Below, one piece after another: positions 63,463-64,000 of a stretch of DNA of 64,000 nucleotides; the stretch's first letter is position 1; every line of letters begins with the position of its first letter. The translations under genes were made by a program, and so were the position numbers. The stretch is from Octopus sinensis. Its lineage: Eukaryota. The DNA lies in the NCBI RefSeq assembly GCF_006345805.1, contig NC_043007.1, positions 45,446,001 to 45,510,000 on the forward strand. The letters run 5' to 3'. The notes under the pieces are model-generated. The model was not told the DNA's origin and made no database searches. It saw only the letters and a program-made list of their open reading frames with translations.

Positions 63463-64000
63463 AACAACAAACAAGATGAGGACAAATATCTGTCAAATGT
63501 AAATACTGTAAATAATGTACATATTTCCTCATCTCTTAAATATAAAATTGTAGAGTTGTGGTTGAAAGAGTCATAATCTTCATCTATTTCTCTGTAACTC
63601 AGAATATAACAATATTCCTTTCTGAGAACGTTCACTAAAAAATTGCCCTAGAAGAACTTCTTACTCCGTACGAAATGAAATGTATTCTGCTGCCATATTG
63701 AATGCCTCATTATGTTAGTAGGCTATTTAAACGTGTAATATTCCTGACCTTTATTAGATATTGTCAGAAAAATACCTTCAGTATTTTCTTTACTCGAGAG
63801 AGTTACGGTAATCATTTGAATCATCCAGTACATTGTGTTTATAAATTCCTAAATTGTGATGATAAATTCCTTATCTTCCTCTCTTTTTTATTACCGATTT
63901 AAAGGACTGAGTATTTACTAAGAATCCAATACGTCATGCGTGCTCGAATCTTCAGCGCAATGTAAATAGAAAAATGTTAAACAAATAACTCTCCAGTCCA

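Overview
AT-rich, repeat-saturated eukaryotic DNA, most likely cephalopod (Octopus-like). This is inferred from the tRNA-derived CORE/V-domain SINE families and the very dense (AT)n, (ATGT)n, (ATCT)n, (AAT)n and (CA)n microsatellites. No intact protein-coding gene can be supported. Almost all listed ORFs are translations of microsatellites or decayed transposon pieces, and only a few weak candidate exons are noted. Recognisable decayed elements: a full-length D,D34D mariner with TIRs, an internally deleted DD37D (maT) element, a Tc1 HTH fragment, a Tc/mariner-type MITE, a non-autonomous Helitron, a DINE-1/HINE-like end, CR1-like RT fragments, a Tx1/L1-like 5'UTR+ORF1, two restriction-like-endonuclease LINE 3' ends (R4/Dong-like and HERO-like), and two Penelope-like element (PLE) ORF remnants. 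The main signal is a set of minimal type I hammerhead-ribozyme folds with palindromic stem III, in at least four unrelated short repeat families (about 6.9, 17.5, 22.8, 50.6 and 63.4 kb, plus degenerate candidates). One sits downstream of a tRNA-like Pol III head, forming a possible SINE/ribozyme/PLE-tail chimera, and one lies in a 55-bp foldback. Every one of these copies carries at least one deviation from the canonical fold, so activity is untested. All structures were read by eye; none was computed or database-searched.
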